From assembly GCA_963691875.1 (NCBI GenBank), contig OY829846.1:992001-1056000 (forward strand): a stretch of 64,000 bases of DNA, in the 5' to 3' direction. The DNA comes from Aureliella sp. GTDB taxonomy: Bacteria > Planctomycetota > Planctomycetia > Pirellulales > Pirellulaceae. This document shows positions 52,168-61,184 of this stretch, piece after piece. The position numbers and the translations under genes are program-made. Under the pieces are notes generated by a model. That model made no database searches, had not been told where the DNA came from, and was given only the letters and a program-made list of their open reading frames with translations. Each line of letters begins with the position of its first letter. Positions within the stretch are counted from its first letter, which is position 1.

Positions 52168-53559
52168 ATGATTATTAAGAAAGACGCTTTTGCGTCACAA
52201 GCAGCGGAATTTCCGACGTGGCAAGAGCACTACGATCGCCATGTAAACCCCACACTTATGACGTCTTTGCTCCGTCGCAGCGTACCAGTTTTAGACCAGG
52301 TCTCTTGGCGAGTTTTGGAAGTAGCTGAAGGCTCGGCGTCCACGATCTTACCTCTTGGACGAGAATCCACTAACCAGCATGGGACGCATCAGGCTGCACT
52401 GATTGCACTTTCGGCAGACTACACGGGCGGGTTAGCACTGGCCACTTTGCTGACAGGAGTCCCACTTGCCGGAATTCACCAGTGCAACGAAGAAGAATCC
52501 GCATCACTGTGGCTCGCAGACATGTCAGTGCGTTTTCGAGCTCCGTCCACCGGCCACATGATCGGCAATTGCACCATTGATGGCGATATGGCTGACAAGA
52601 TCCAGAAGCGATACTTTAGCGGCAAAAAAGTGTTCGTGATGCTCCCCATCAGCTTCCACTCAAACGGTGAGCTTGTCGCGGAAGCCGAGATGAAATACTT
52701 CGCTCAGCCCTCCGTGCAACTTCGCCCCAACAAGGACAGCAAGCTCTCCCCCATTTTTGCAACAAAGCTCAAAGCTTCAGCACGCATGATTGCAGGCGTA
52801 CGCGCACAGAAGCCCAAGTTTCAAAACATTCGTATCGACTGTCCGCACACCAAGAATGCCGCGACCGAGCACGGCACACTGCTCGCCAATCAGCTGCGTT
52901 CCGCCTTGCCAGAACTGACCGACATGGTGCACGCTCGGACCCAGCATGGTGACAACGCGTTGATGAAGATCCCCGAGCTGGAACAGGTCGTAATCGTCGG
53001 CGCAGGACTGGATATGCGGCCATATCGCTGGCACCAAAGTTTGCCAAACGTGACTTGGTTCGAACTCGACCTGCCGGTCATGCTAGAAGAGCGACAGAGA
53101 GTAATTTCTGAGTTGGATAACCCACCAGCGGTTCAACGAAGACCAATTGGCCTGGACTTGCTGGAAAATGAAGTCCACGAACTCTTACTCGAACACCCAG
53201 ACTTTGATCCCGAGAAACCGTCTTTAGTAATCTACGAAGGCTGCTCGATGTATTTCGAAGCCAAAGAGAATCGCCGAATTCTGCGATCGATTCGTAGACT
53301 GCTTCAGAACCCGAACAGTCGGGTCTGGTGTGACATGGTGACCGAGGAAGTGATAAAAGGGAAAGGGAGATTCCCTCAGGTAGACGCCTTCCTTAAAGCA
53401 ATGGACAATCTGGGCGAGAGGTTCATATTCGGATCCTCGTCGCCAGCCGAGTATCTTTCTACATGTGGTTACGACCAAGCTGAGGTGACACCAACTTCCA
53501 AGTTCCTTGGTATCGAGGATGCAGTGCTCGACTTGTACAACTTTGTGATTGCCAGATAG
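52168..53559 (+). CDS. Hotdog thioesterase (PaaI/YiiD-like) fused to an LCM/TcmP-type SAM-dependent methyltransferase
   Basis: N-half has NQHGTHQAA...ADYTGG and VRFRAP. C-half has ART..GD, QVVIVGAGLDMRPYR, WFELDLP and YEGCSMYF. Confidence 0.85.
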   Translation: MIIKKDAFASQAAEFPTWQEHYDRHVNPTLMTSLLRRSVPVLDQVSWRVLEVAEGSASTILPLGRESTNQHGTHQAALIALSADYTGGLALATLLTGVPLAGIHQCNEEESASLWLADMSVRFRAPSTGHMIGNCTIDGDMADKIQKRYFSGKKVFVMLPISFHSNGELVAEAEMKYFAQPSVQLRPNKDSKLSPIFATKLKASARMIAGVRAQKPKFQNIRIDCPHTKNAATEHGTLLANQLRSALPELTDMVHARTQHGDNALMKIPELEQVVIVGAGLDMRPYRWHQSLPNVTWFELDLPVMLEERQRVISELDNPPAVQRRPIGLDLLENEVHELLLEHPDFDPEKPSLVIYEGCSMYFEAKENRRILRSIRRLLQNPNSRVWCDMVTEEVIKGKGRFPQVDAFLKAMDNLGERFIFGSSSPAEYLSTCGYDQAEVTPTSKFLGIEDAVLDLYNFVIAR

Positions 53560-53693
53560 TGCCCAACTAGGACCGCCTCCCAAACCGCGCACCCAGACAG
53601 TTGGTGCTTATACGAATAGATAAGATCTTGATGGTAAGACTCTCTAGCCTTCGAACGTGTAGCTAGAATCAAGGGCTGTTACTTAGGCGTTTT

Positions 53694-53723
53694 AAAAACG
53701 CCAAAAACAAAAACGCCAAAAAC
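53694..53723. repeat. Perfect 15-bp tandem duplication overlapping a GGCGTTTT/AAAACGCC hairpin
   Basis: AAAAACGCCAAAAAC occurs twice, between convergent genes. Confidence 0.6.
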
Positions 53724-53729
53724 CTGCGA

Positions 53730-54362
53730 CTAAAATGCGGGCTCTGTTGGCCCGCCGACGTCTGGATACAGACTGCCCAGCAAGAACACTCGCGTCATCT
53801 CTGCTGTACTGCGTACATTCAATTTGCGGTATGCGTCGCGTCGAATTCGCTCGATGCTCTTTACCGAAAGCCCCACATTGTTGGCGATCTGCTTATTCGG
53901 TTTGCCATCGGCGGCCAACTGAACCACGCGTCTTTCACGCGGTGTCAATCTCTGGAGCGTCTTCGCATGGTGGATCATGGACGACTTGTGCCGTCTAATC
54001 TCCTGTTTATAAACCACGGTATCAAAGGCATCTTGGAATCGCTCGGTATTTAGCGGCATGGAACAGATCGCTAAAGCTCCTCGTGCCTTCAGCAACTCGC
54101 TTGCATAGGCGTTCTCACCATCCAAGAGCACAAGCACAGGAATATCACGATGAGACAGAAAACTCACGTTATCTAGTCCAGTATTCATCTCCTCATGTGA
54201 GCAGCAAACCACCGCAACGGCTACTGTGCCCTCTTGCAGCCCCTCTTCGGGAGTCCTTGCCAAAGTATAGCGGTAGCCATTCTTCTGCACGTGCTTTGAA
54301 ACCAGAAGTGCTGCCTCCTGCTCTCTTCCGACGATCAGAACATCGCAATTGAATGGATCCAT
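53730..54362 (-). CDS. LuxR/FixJ-family regulator with a degenerate receiver domain
   Basis: LTPRERRV...G.PNKQIA...LSVKSIE..R...KL helix-turn-helix. The receiver lacks the DD pair, phospho-Asp and Lys. Confidence 0.88.
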   Translation of the reverse strand: MDPFNCDVLIVGREQEAALLVSKHVQKNGYRYTLARTPEEGLQEGTVAVAVVCCSHEEMNTGLDNVSFLSHRDIPVLVLLDGENAYASELLKARGALAICSMPLNTERFQDAFDTVVYKQEIRRHKSSMIHHAKTLQRLTPRERRVVQLAADGKPNKQIANNVGLSVKSIERIRRDAYRKLNVRSTAEMTRVFLLGSLYPDVGGPTEPAF

Positions 54363-54514
54363 TCCTTCAGCTCCATATCAAAAAAGTCTTCTCACTATCG
54401 CCGCTGCTCAGTTTAGAAAAAATCAAACCGTGTTATGCGGCGAATTCGAAGATTCAAATTTGTACATCTAATCACTCAAGTCTTACACACTACCAAAAGC
54501 AATCGACCCGAAAG

Positions 54515-54730
54515 GCGGCGATCCCTCATGCGTTTATATGACAACGACTGCGTGTATTTCGTATCCAATCTGAGCAACCTCCCGAAACGCGGTTTACCGC
54601 TGCTACATAGAAAAAATAAAAGCGGTTTGCCGCTGCCGCACAAATGGAACAAATGCGGCTTCCCGCCGCACGTGAGGGCATGCCCTCGTAAATAACACCT
54701 GCGTGCAACACAACTTCGGGGGAAATCCCT
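54515..54730. promoter_or_regulatory. Array of 12-bp inverted-repeat boxes (consensus GCGG-N4-CCGC)
   Basis: Boxes at 54589, 54622 and 54655 are exactly 33 bp apart, with variants at 54515, 54675 and 54719. Confidence 0.65.
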
Positions 54731-54859
54731 ATTCGGACCATGTGACGGAGGATTCTTTGCGGCAGTGCAACTAGCAAACCGATAGGGAACTGCCAGAGGT
54801 GTTGCGTCATACACGTGTATGCCAACACAGATTAAACACCCTTTTAGGAGGAGAACCAC

Positions 54860-55567
54860 GTGTCGATTGGTACCTACGCCACGCACTCCACGTTTTCGAA
54901 TCTGACGCAAACTGGAGTAATACCCAATTCGCCCCACGTATTTCCTGCTGCCCCAAAGTCGAAAGTTTTTGTTCTTTCAAGAGATTCAACCGTCGCCCAC
55001 AAACTAAAGAGTGCAAGCTTTGCAGTTGTGGAACTCGCATCGCTGCGTGATATTCGCATTCAATTAAGCGTAAACACGCCGAGCTGCGTGGTATACGACA
55101 TCGATATTGCTCCCAACGACACCAAGCAAGCCATTGAACACCTATGGCGTTTGGCTATTGGTATTCCCGTGATCGCAATTTCAAACGACAATTCATGCGG
55201 CAACGTGCGAAATGCAATGCGATGCGGGGCTAGCGAGTTCTGCTCAAAATCGTTTGATGGTGAACGCCTGGAAGATGTAGTTGAACGTGCTCTAGATCGT
55301 GATCGCAACGGGAATCCATCGCCCATGGAAGTCCGCAGGCGGATTGCAAGCCTAACCGAACGCGAGAAGGAAGTGATCGAAAACTGCCTTCAAGGTACGG
55401 TGACCAAAGTCATCGCGAAGCATCTCGACGTAACTTACCAAACCATCGATAAGCACCGAAAAAAGGCGCTTAGGAAGCTGGGAGTTGGCTCGATGGTAGA
55501 GCTCTCGAATATGCTCTTCCGCACCACTCTCACATCCCTCGGCTGTGACTACGAATTCAACGCCTAA
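54860..55567 (+). CDS. FixJ-like response regulator (REC + LuxR HTH)
   Basis: AGGAGG ribosome site, CVVYDID, IPVIAIS, AMRCGASEFCSK and LTEREKEV...K.IA..L..T...HR...KL. Confidence 0.88.
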   Translation: MSIGTYATHSTFSNLTQTGVIPNSPHVFPAAPKSKVFVLSRDSTVAHKLKSASFAVVELASLRDIRIQLSVNTPSCVVYDIDIAPNDTKQAIEHLWRLAIGIPVIAISNDNSCGNVRNAMRCGASEFCSKSFDGERLEDVVERALDRDRNGNPSPMEVRRRIASLTEREKEVIENCLQGTVTKVIAKHLDVTYQTIDKHRKKALRKLGVGSMVELSNMLFRTTLTSLGCDYEFNA

Positions 55568-55657
55568 GAATACAAGAGGCCTCGGACTCTCGAATCCTGT
55601 GGCAATGCGCTCAAAGTCATAATGGTTTGATTTTTAGCGCAAGCAGACAAGTTCAAC

Positions 55658-55689
55658 CATGCCGCCTCTTGGGCGGCATGCTCATTTTT
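55658..55689. terminator. Probable terminator between convergent genes
   Basis: CATGCCGCC-TCTTG-GGCGGCATG 9-bp stem followed by CTCATTTTT. Confidence 0.55.
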
Positions 55690-55785
55690 GCGGCAAGCCG
55701 CTGTAAAACCATGGCGCTGCCCCTCCCGATATTTGCGCAGCGGTTTCCCGCCGGGATATATCGATCCCACTCGCAAGGTAGCCGC

Positions 55786-56769
55786 CTAAGCATACGCCAC
55801 TGCAACGGCTCGCTTCATTTTTTGAATTCCAGTTGCAGCAACTTCCTGTGCAGGCTGCTTGTGGTAGTAGGGATTGAACAACTCAAGGCTTAGGGTTCCG
55901 CTAAAGCCGCCTGCAGCCAGGGCGCGAAGAATACGAGTGAGGGGCGCAACGCCATCCCCGGGGTACACCCGATCCTTGTCGCCAATTTGCGCACGTGGCG
56001 GATCAGCCGGATAGTCGTTCATGTGCAGGCAATGCATCTTGCGACCTGGCACCAGATCCATATTGTTGAAGTCGCAGCCGCCTTTGTAGAGATGATATAC
56101 GTCCAGCAGAACACAAGCATCTGGATGATCCGCGCCAGCTGCGACATGCAGCACCTCTTCGAGTCGCGACAGGTTCTTGGAAAACCCCCAAAGTTCAACC
56201 TGCGGCACGACCCCCACTGCTTTGCCCACTTCTAATAAATCGCGATACCGATCCGCCGCAGCGTCGAGGTCCAATCCTGGCTCTCGCGTCGCCCCGGCCG
56301 GCGGCGCGGCGATATGAGTGCCTCCAAGCTCAGCCACAATCGCCATGTCGCGTTTGGCTTGCTCCAAACCGACCTTCCGTTTCTGCTCGTCATCCACAAT
56401 CCAATTCGCGAACGCGATGGCACTATCGACTTTTAAACCCAAATCAGCAATCTCACTCGCCAAGTCCTTGAGCTTGCCGCCTGCTTCAACCATACGACTA
56501 ACGTCACGCAGCCAGATCTCAACGGAGTCGTAGCCTGCCTTCGAGGCAATTTTAATTTGCTCACGAATCATCACATTCCGGCCATTGATCGTGCTGGTGT
56601 TTAAGCAGTAACGAAACTTTGGCTTGACCTGCACCGCTGACTGAGCCATCAGCCCCCCTGCCATCGACCAAGCCCCCAGAGCGGAAGCTCCAGCTAAACA
56701 GTTCTTTAGGATGTGGCGGCGGTCTGGTCCAGCACTCGGCGATGAAAGATTGGAGCTAGGGCTATTCAT
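55786..56769 (-). CDS. Sugar-phosphate isomerase/epimerase family protein, Tat-exported
   Basis: DRRHIL twin-Arg, YCLNTSTI, ELWGFS, DVYH, HMND, DRVYPGDG and SLELFN. Confidence 0.9.
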   Translation of the reverse strand: MNSPSSNLSSPSAGPDRRHILKNCLAGASALGAWSMAGGLMAQSAVQVKPKFRYCLNTSTINGRNVMIREQIKIASKAGYDSVEIWLRDVSRMVEAGGKLKDLASEIADLGLKVDSAIAFANWIVDDEQKRKVGLEQAKRDMAIVAELGGTHIAAPPAGATREPGLDLDAAADRYRDLLEVGKAVGVVPQVELWGFSKNLSRLEEVLHVAAGADHPDACVLLDVYHLYKGGCDFNNMDLVPGRKMHCLHMNDYPADPPRAQIGDKDRVYPGDGVAPLTRILRALAAGGFSGTLSLELFNPYYHKQPAQEVAATGIQKMKRAVAVAYA

Positions 56770-57062
56770 ATCGGATCGTCTCGGACTTATTAGTAAGGGG
56801 TAGTAATCTGCTCTTGGTTCGAAATGCGGCAGCTTAGCTGAAAGCCAGCATTATCGTCTTGGATTGCTGGCCTGAATGCGTTAGTGTAAAGCAAGCTGAG
56901 GGGTTATGGGTTTCCTTTCCACTGGCCTGCCGAGACTTTCCGCTCCCGTCTCACTTTCTCCTTGGATAACTTGATTCACTCATCGTCTCCATGCGGTTCG
57001 TCCGTTTTCCACAGACATGTCGCGTCCGCACGAGAATATACTACCGAGTTCTAGGACTGTTT

Positions 57063-59093
57063 ATGAATCGCCTGCTTTCCGTCCTGCTGTTGCTGTCAGT
57101 TGGCTTTCTTTTGGCTCCGCCTGCGGCTCAAGCATGGCAAGGTGAATCGACGCAAGGAGCTGTGACCACAGAGCCCGCCGACGAATCGGCGACGGCCGAA
57201 ATTGATACTCTTGAAGAGGATAAAGCAACTCGGGACGACGCTGTAGAGTCGAACTCTGGGCGAGCTCCAGCGATTGAGGAAACGCCGGAAGGAATCGACA
57301 TTTGGATTGATCGGCAGTTCAAGCCGGTCGCCGACGCTTGGGGAGGTTTCGTTCTAACATCCATCCCTGTCGGCTCACAGCGACCAGCGATTGAAAAGCT
57401 TGTTGCTGACGAAGAGGCTGCAGAAATCGGTCTTAGCGATGAACAGATTCAGACTATCAAAGACTTGATATCAGAGCGTGATGCAGCCATCGCCGCCGAA
57501 GAAGATGGATTTAAAAAGTCGGACGTTCTCGAAGAGTTTAACGCCAAGATTATCGCGTCGCTATCCGATGAGCAAACCGCCAAATTCGTCGAGCCTCGCA
57601 ATATCCCAATCGTGCTTCTTTTGCTGATCTTCGGTGCAATCTTCTTCACAGTTGTGTTCGGATTCATCAATGTGAGGAAGCTGCCATTTGCGATCAAAGT
57701 TGTCAGTGGCAAGTACGATCACGTCGAGAAGGCTGGAGCGGCAGACGTCAAACCTGACGTCAACGTGGTTGACGGTGACCTCGTAGACACTGCTCGCAAT
57801 GAGAGTGAAGAAGGAGAAGTCTCTCACTTCCAGGCTCTGGCCACCGCCGTCTCCGGAACGGTCGGCCTCGGAAACATCTCGGGCGTTGCCGTCGCCATCG
57901 CAGTTGGCGGGCCGGGAGCAACATTTTGGATGATTGTCTGTGGCTTGCTTGGGATGTCCACGAAGTTTGTGGAGTGCACCTTAGGTGTGAAGTTCCGCGA
58001 AGTGGATGAAAAAGGCACCGTCCACGGCGGACCGATGTATTATCTTCGAGACGGAGTGAAAGACCACGGCAATTGGCCGCTAGGTTCTTTCCTTGGAATT
58101 TGCTTCGCTACTCTATGCGTCGGCGCTTCTCTTGGTGGCGGGAACGCCTATCAATCCAATCAAGCGGCTGCTCAAATTAAAACCTTGCTTGGTTGGGATA
58201 GCGGCTACGCTGGGGCACTCTGCGGCCTTGTGATGGCAGTCTTGGTCGCCATCGTGATTATCGGTGGTATCAAGCGAATCGCTACGATCACAGAAAAGAT
58301 CGTTCCTCTGATGGCGATCATTTACGTTGTCGCGGCGTTGATCATTATTCTGATGAACATCACCTTCATCCCTTCGGCCATTGTTCAGATTGTCCAAGGC
58401 GCATTCTCGCCAGCTGCTGGATTTGGTGGCGTCCTGGGCGTGATCATGGTTGGATTCCAGCGTGCTGCTTTTTCGAATGAAGCTGGTGCTGGTTCGGCTG
58501 CGATTGCCCACTCCGCTGTCAAAACGAAATACCCCGCTTCGGAAGGCGTGGTTGCCCTGCTGGAGCCATTTATTGATACGGTTGTCATTTGCACTATGAC
58601 GGCGCTGGTCATAGTGATTTTTAATTCAAATGGTTTATTCCAGTACGGAGACGTCGAGAATAAGAATGTTCTGATGAACATGGAGCGAGCAGGGGCCGAG
58701 CTCGAGGCTGGTGACGCGGTGATGCAGCGAGTTGGCGGTGTTGACCTCACGTCGATGGCCTTCGACAGCGTGCTTCCGGGGTTCCGCTATGTGCTCACAA
58801 TCGCGATCATTCTGTTCGCTTTTTCCACCATGATCTCATGGTCCTACTACGGTCTTCAGTCCTGGAAGTACATGTTTGGTAAATCGACACGTGCCGACCT
58901 TTCCTACAAAGTTCTGTTCTGTGTGTTTGTAGTGATTGGTGCTGGAGCAACACTCGACTCGGTAATCAACTTCTCCGATGCAATGATTTTGGCTCTCGTC
59001 TTCCCCAATATGCTTGGCTTGCTGCTGCTGTTCCCGAAGGTACGGCAAGAACTCGGGAAGTACCTCAAGGTAACGGAGTCGGCAGATAAGTAA
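57063..59093 (+). CDS. Alanine/glycine:cation symporter (AGCS) with N-terminal extension
   Basis: FQALATAVSGTVGLGNI.GVA, GGPGATFWM, GGPMYY, FSNEAGAGS, EPFIDT and FAFSTMISWSYYG. Confidence 0.93.
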   Translation: MNRLLSVLLLLSVGFLLAPPAAQAWQGESTQGAVTTEPADESATAEIDTLEEDKATRDDAVESNSGRAPAIEETPEGIDIWIDRQFKPVADAWGGFVLTSIPVGSQRPAIEKLVADEEAAEIGLSDEQIQTIKDLISERDAAIAAEEDGFKKSDVLEEFNAKIIASLSDEQTAKFVEPRNIPIVLLLLIFGAIFFTVVFGFINVRKLPFAIKVVSGKYDHVEKAGAADVKPDVNVVDGDLVDTARNESEEGEVSHFQALATAVSGTVGLGNISGVAVAIAVGGPGATFWMIVCGLLGMSTKFVECTLGVKFREVDEKGTVHGGPMYYLRDGVKDHGNWPLGSFLGICFATLCVGASLGGGNAYQSNQAAAQIKTLLGWDSGYAGALCGLVMAVLVAIVIIGGIKRIATITEKIVPLMAIIYVVAALIIILMNITFIPSAIVQIVQGAFSPAAGFGGVLGVIMVGFQRAAFSNEAGAGSAAIAHSAVKTKYPASEGVVALLEPFIDTVVICTMTALVIVIFNSNGLFQYGDVENKNVLMNMERAGAELEAGDAVMQRVGGVDLTSMAFDSVLPGFRYVLTIAIILFAFSTMISWSYYGLQSWKYMFGKSTRADLSYKVLFCVFVVIGAGATLDSVINFSDAMILALVFPNMLGLLLLFPKVRQELGKYLKVTESADK

Positions 59094-59131
59094 CTCGGTT
59101 CCACACCGCATCCAAGGAATAGGATAACAAC

Positions 59132-60736
59132 GTGAATCAGTCCGCATCCTCTACAGTGCTTACACTGAGGCTGCTGCGCACGCTCAAGGAACGGGGCAAG
59201 CGCATGAAGGTCGCCGATTCGACAGGTGTCAATCTCAGTGGTAGCGACCTGCTGATTCGCACCCTCGCGTTGCGACGTTACCTTCTCAAGGAAATCTTAG
59301 ATCCCGACGAAAAGAATGTCGGGGTGTTCCTTCCCCCAACCGCTCCCGGCGTCGCTACCAACTTTGCACTTGCCCTGGCTGATCGCGTTGCGGTCAACTT
59401 GAACTACACGGTTAACTCGAAAGTTCTCAAGCAGTGTAGTGAATCAGCCGGTCTCAAGCACGTTCTTACAAGCCGCAAGTTCATCGACAAAGTCGGCCTC
59501 GATCCAGGTGCCCCCATGGTGTTCCTAGAGGATGTCAAAGAGCAGATCACCATTGGCGACAAACTCTCCGCTGCTATCCACGGCAAGTTCTTTTCCGCCG
59601 ACAGCCTGCACAAGAAGCTCGGACTGAGTCACCAGACCGCACAAGATCCACTGACGATCATTTTCACTTCGGGTTCGACCGGCGTACCCAAAGGCGTGGT
59701 GCTGAGTGATGGAAATGTGACTTCCAATGTCGACGCAATTGATCACTGCATCCGTCTGAACGAAGACGATGTTGTTCTTGGGATACTTCCCTTCTTCCAT
59801 TCCTTCGGCTACACGGTCACTCTATGGTCGGCGCTGACCCTGCCCTGCGCTGGCGTCTATCACTTCAGCCCACTTGAGGCACGGCCCATTGGCAAGTTAG
59901 CCAAAGAACACGGAGCTACGGTCCTACTTGCGACACCAACGTTTCTACGGAGCTACATTCGCCGCGTCGACAAAGATCAATTTTCGAACTTAGATGTTGT
60001 AGTTGTCGGCGCGGAGAAGATGCCTATCGCTTTGGCCGAAGAATTTGAGAACAAGTTCGGTGTCCGGCCTGTCGAAGGCTACGGTGCCACCGAGCTCAGT
60101 CCGCTAGTATCCGTAAACGTGCCGCCTTCACGTGACAACGCTGACTCGCGGGGTCTAAGGGAAGGAACAGTTGGACGACCAGTCCACCAAGTCCACGCTC
60201 GAGTTGTGTCACCCGACTCGGATGAAACACTTGGCGTTGGCGAGCAAGGATTGCTAGAGATTAGCGGTCCAAACGTCATGCAAGGCTATCTGGACCAAGA
60301 AGAGCTGACCGCCAAAGTCATGCATGACGAGTGGTATCGTACTGGTGACGTCGCGCGCATTGACGAAGACGGTTTCATCGAAATCACCGGACGGCTCAGC
60401 CGCTTTTCCAAGATTGGCGGTGAGATGGTGCCCCACATCCAGATCGAAGAATGCCTCGAAGAGATCGTCGGCATCGACGACGAGGGTTTGCTTCGCATCG
60501 CTGTCACGGCCGTGCCCGACGAGAAGCGTGGAGAGCGGCTGATTGTGCTTCACACCGACATTGATTTCTCTTCTAACGAACTCCGGCAAAAGATGACGCA
60601 GGCGGGACTCCCGAACATCTACTTGCCCGGCGAATCTAGCTTCTTCCAAGTCGACGAGATCCCTGTTCTCGGCAGTGGCAAACTCGACCTCCGTGCTCTC
60701 AAAGACTCCGCCCTTCAGCTTACGGCGACGGACTAG
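59132..60736 (+). CDS. AMP-binding enzyme, Aas-type acyl-ACP synthetase domain (stand-alone)
   Basis: NLNYT, IFTSGSTGVPKG, LPFFHSFG, EGYGATELSP, TGD, GRLSRFSKIGGEMVPH and LGSGKLD. Confidence 0.92.
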   Translation: MNQSASSTVLTLRLLRTLKERGKRMKVADSTGVNLSGSDLLIRTLALRRYLLKEILDPDEKNVGVFLPPTAPGVATNFALALADRVAVNLNYTVNSKVLKQCSESAGLKHVLTSRKFIDKVGLDPGAPMVFLEDVKEQITIGDKLSAAIHGKFFSADSLHKKLGLSHQTAQDPLTIIFTSGSTGVPKGVVLSDGNVTSNVDAIDHCIRLNEDDVVLGILPFFHSFGYTVTLWSALTLPCAGVYHFSPLEARPIGKLAKEHGATVLLATPTFLRSYIRRVDKDQFSNLDVVVVGAEKMPIALAEEFENKFGVRPVEGYGATELSPLVSVNVPPSRDNADSRGLREGTVGRPVHQVHARVVSPDSDETLGVGEQGLLEISGPNVMQGYLDQEELTAKVMHDEWYRTGDVARIDEDGFIEITGRLSRFSKIGGEMVPHIQIEECLEEIVGIDDEGLLRIAVTAVPDEKRGERLIVLHTDIDFSSNELRQKMTQAGLPNIYLPGESSFFQVDEIPVLGSGKLDLRALKDSALQLTATD

Positions 60737-60750
60737 CCCGAAGCTTCACT

Positions 60751-61115
60751 TAGTGGGATTCGCCAGAACTCCTGCAGCCCGAGGGTCACAGTGTCGAGCT
60801 AAGAATGTCGAATCTCGTAGTGAGAACCTCAGTTAACCGGCGGTGAGGCTGTTCGCTGAACTTGCCGCTTACAGATTCCGCCCCGCACTAGCAATCTTCT
60901 GGACTGTTCTTAGTTCGTCTTTCGCCATAACGCTCGGATTATCAGATCTGGCTGCTGCTTCACAAGACCGCGTGCTGGGAAGCTAAGACGCAGAGGAATC
61001 CAGGTGCGTCTGGAGGAACAATAGAGCGGCTAAAACCTGGACTCCATCGACTCGTGTGGACGAGAGAAATTCTGATAAATCGCTAACAAGGAGGAATTCT
61101 GACAAATCCCACTAC
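60751..61115. repeat. Inverted pair of GTAG-type REP-like repeats bracketing an intergenic region
   Basis: TAGTGGGATTCGCCAGAACTCC (60751-60772) matches the reverse complement of 61093-61114 (TAGTGGGATTTGTCAGAATTCC) at 19 of 22 positions. Confidence 0.6.
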
Positions 61116-61184
61116 GAGGGGATTGTGGTAAGTTAATGAGTCCGCGAATTGTCTCTTCTCGCTATCCCACCTCGGTCGAATTCC

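Noticed and set aside
54589..54666. Regularly spaced repeats as a mini-CRISPR array
   Set aside because: The repeats are only 12 bp and non-identical, the spacers are 21 bp, and there are no cas genes.
54476..54937. Minus-strand 153-aa ORF with GKP repeats every 11 aa
   Set aside because: The periodicity is a by-product of the 33-bp spaced DNA boxes, and the ORF overlaps the start of the real plus-strand regulator.
56770..57062. Glycine riboswitch expected upstream of the AGCS symporter (also checked upstream of sdaA)
   Set aside because: The GGAGA...CCGAAG...CUCUCAGG pattern was not found in either leader.
59132..60736. Acyl-ACP synthetase as part of the candidate signal locus
   Set aside because: It is separated by two unrelated genes and is a common stand-alone Aas-type gene; nothing in the sequence links them.
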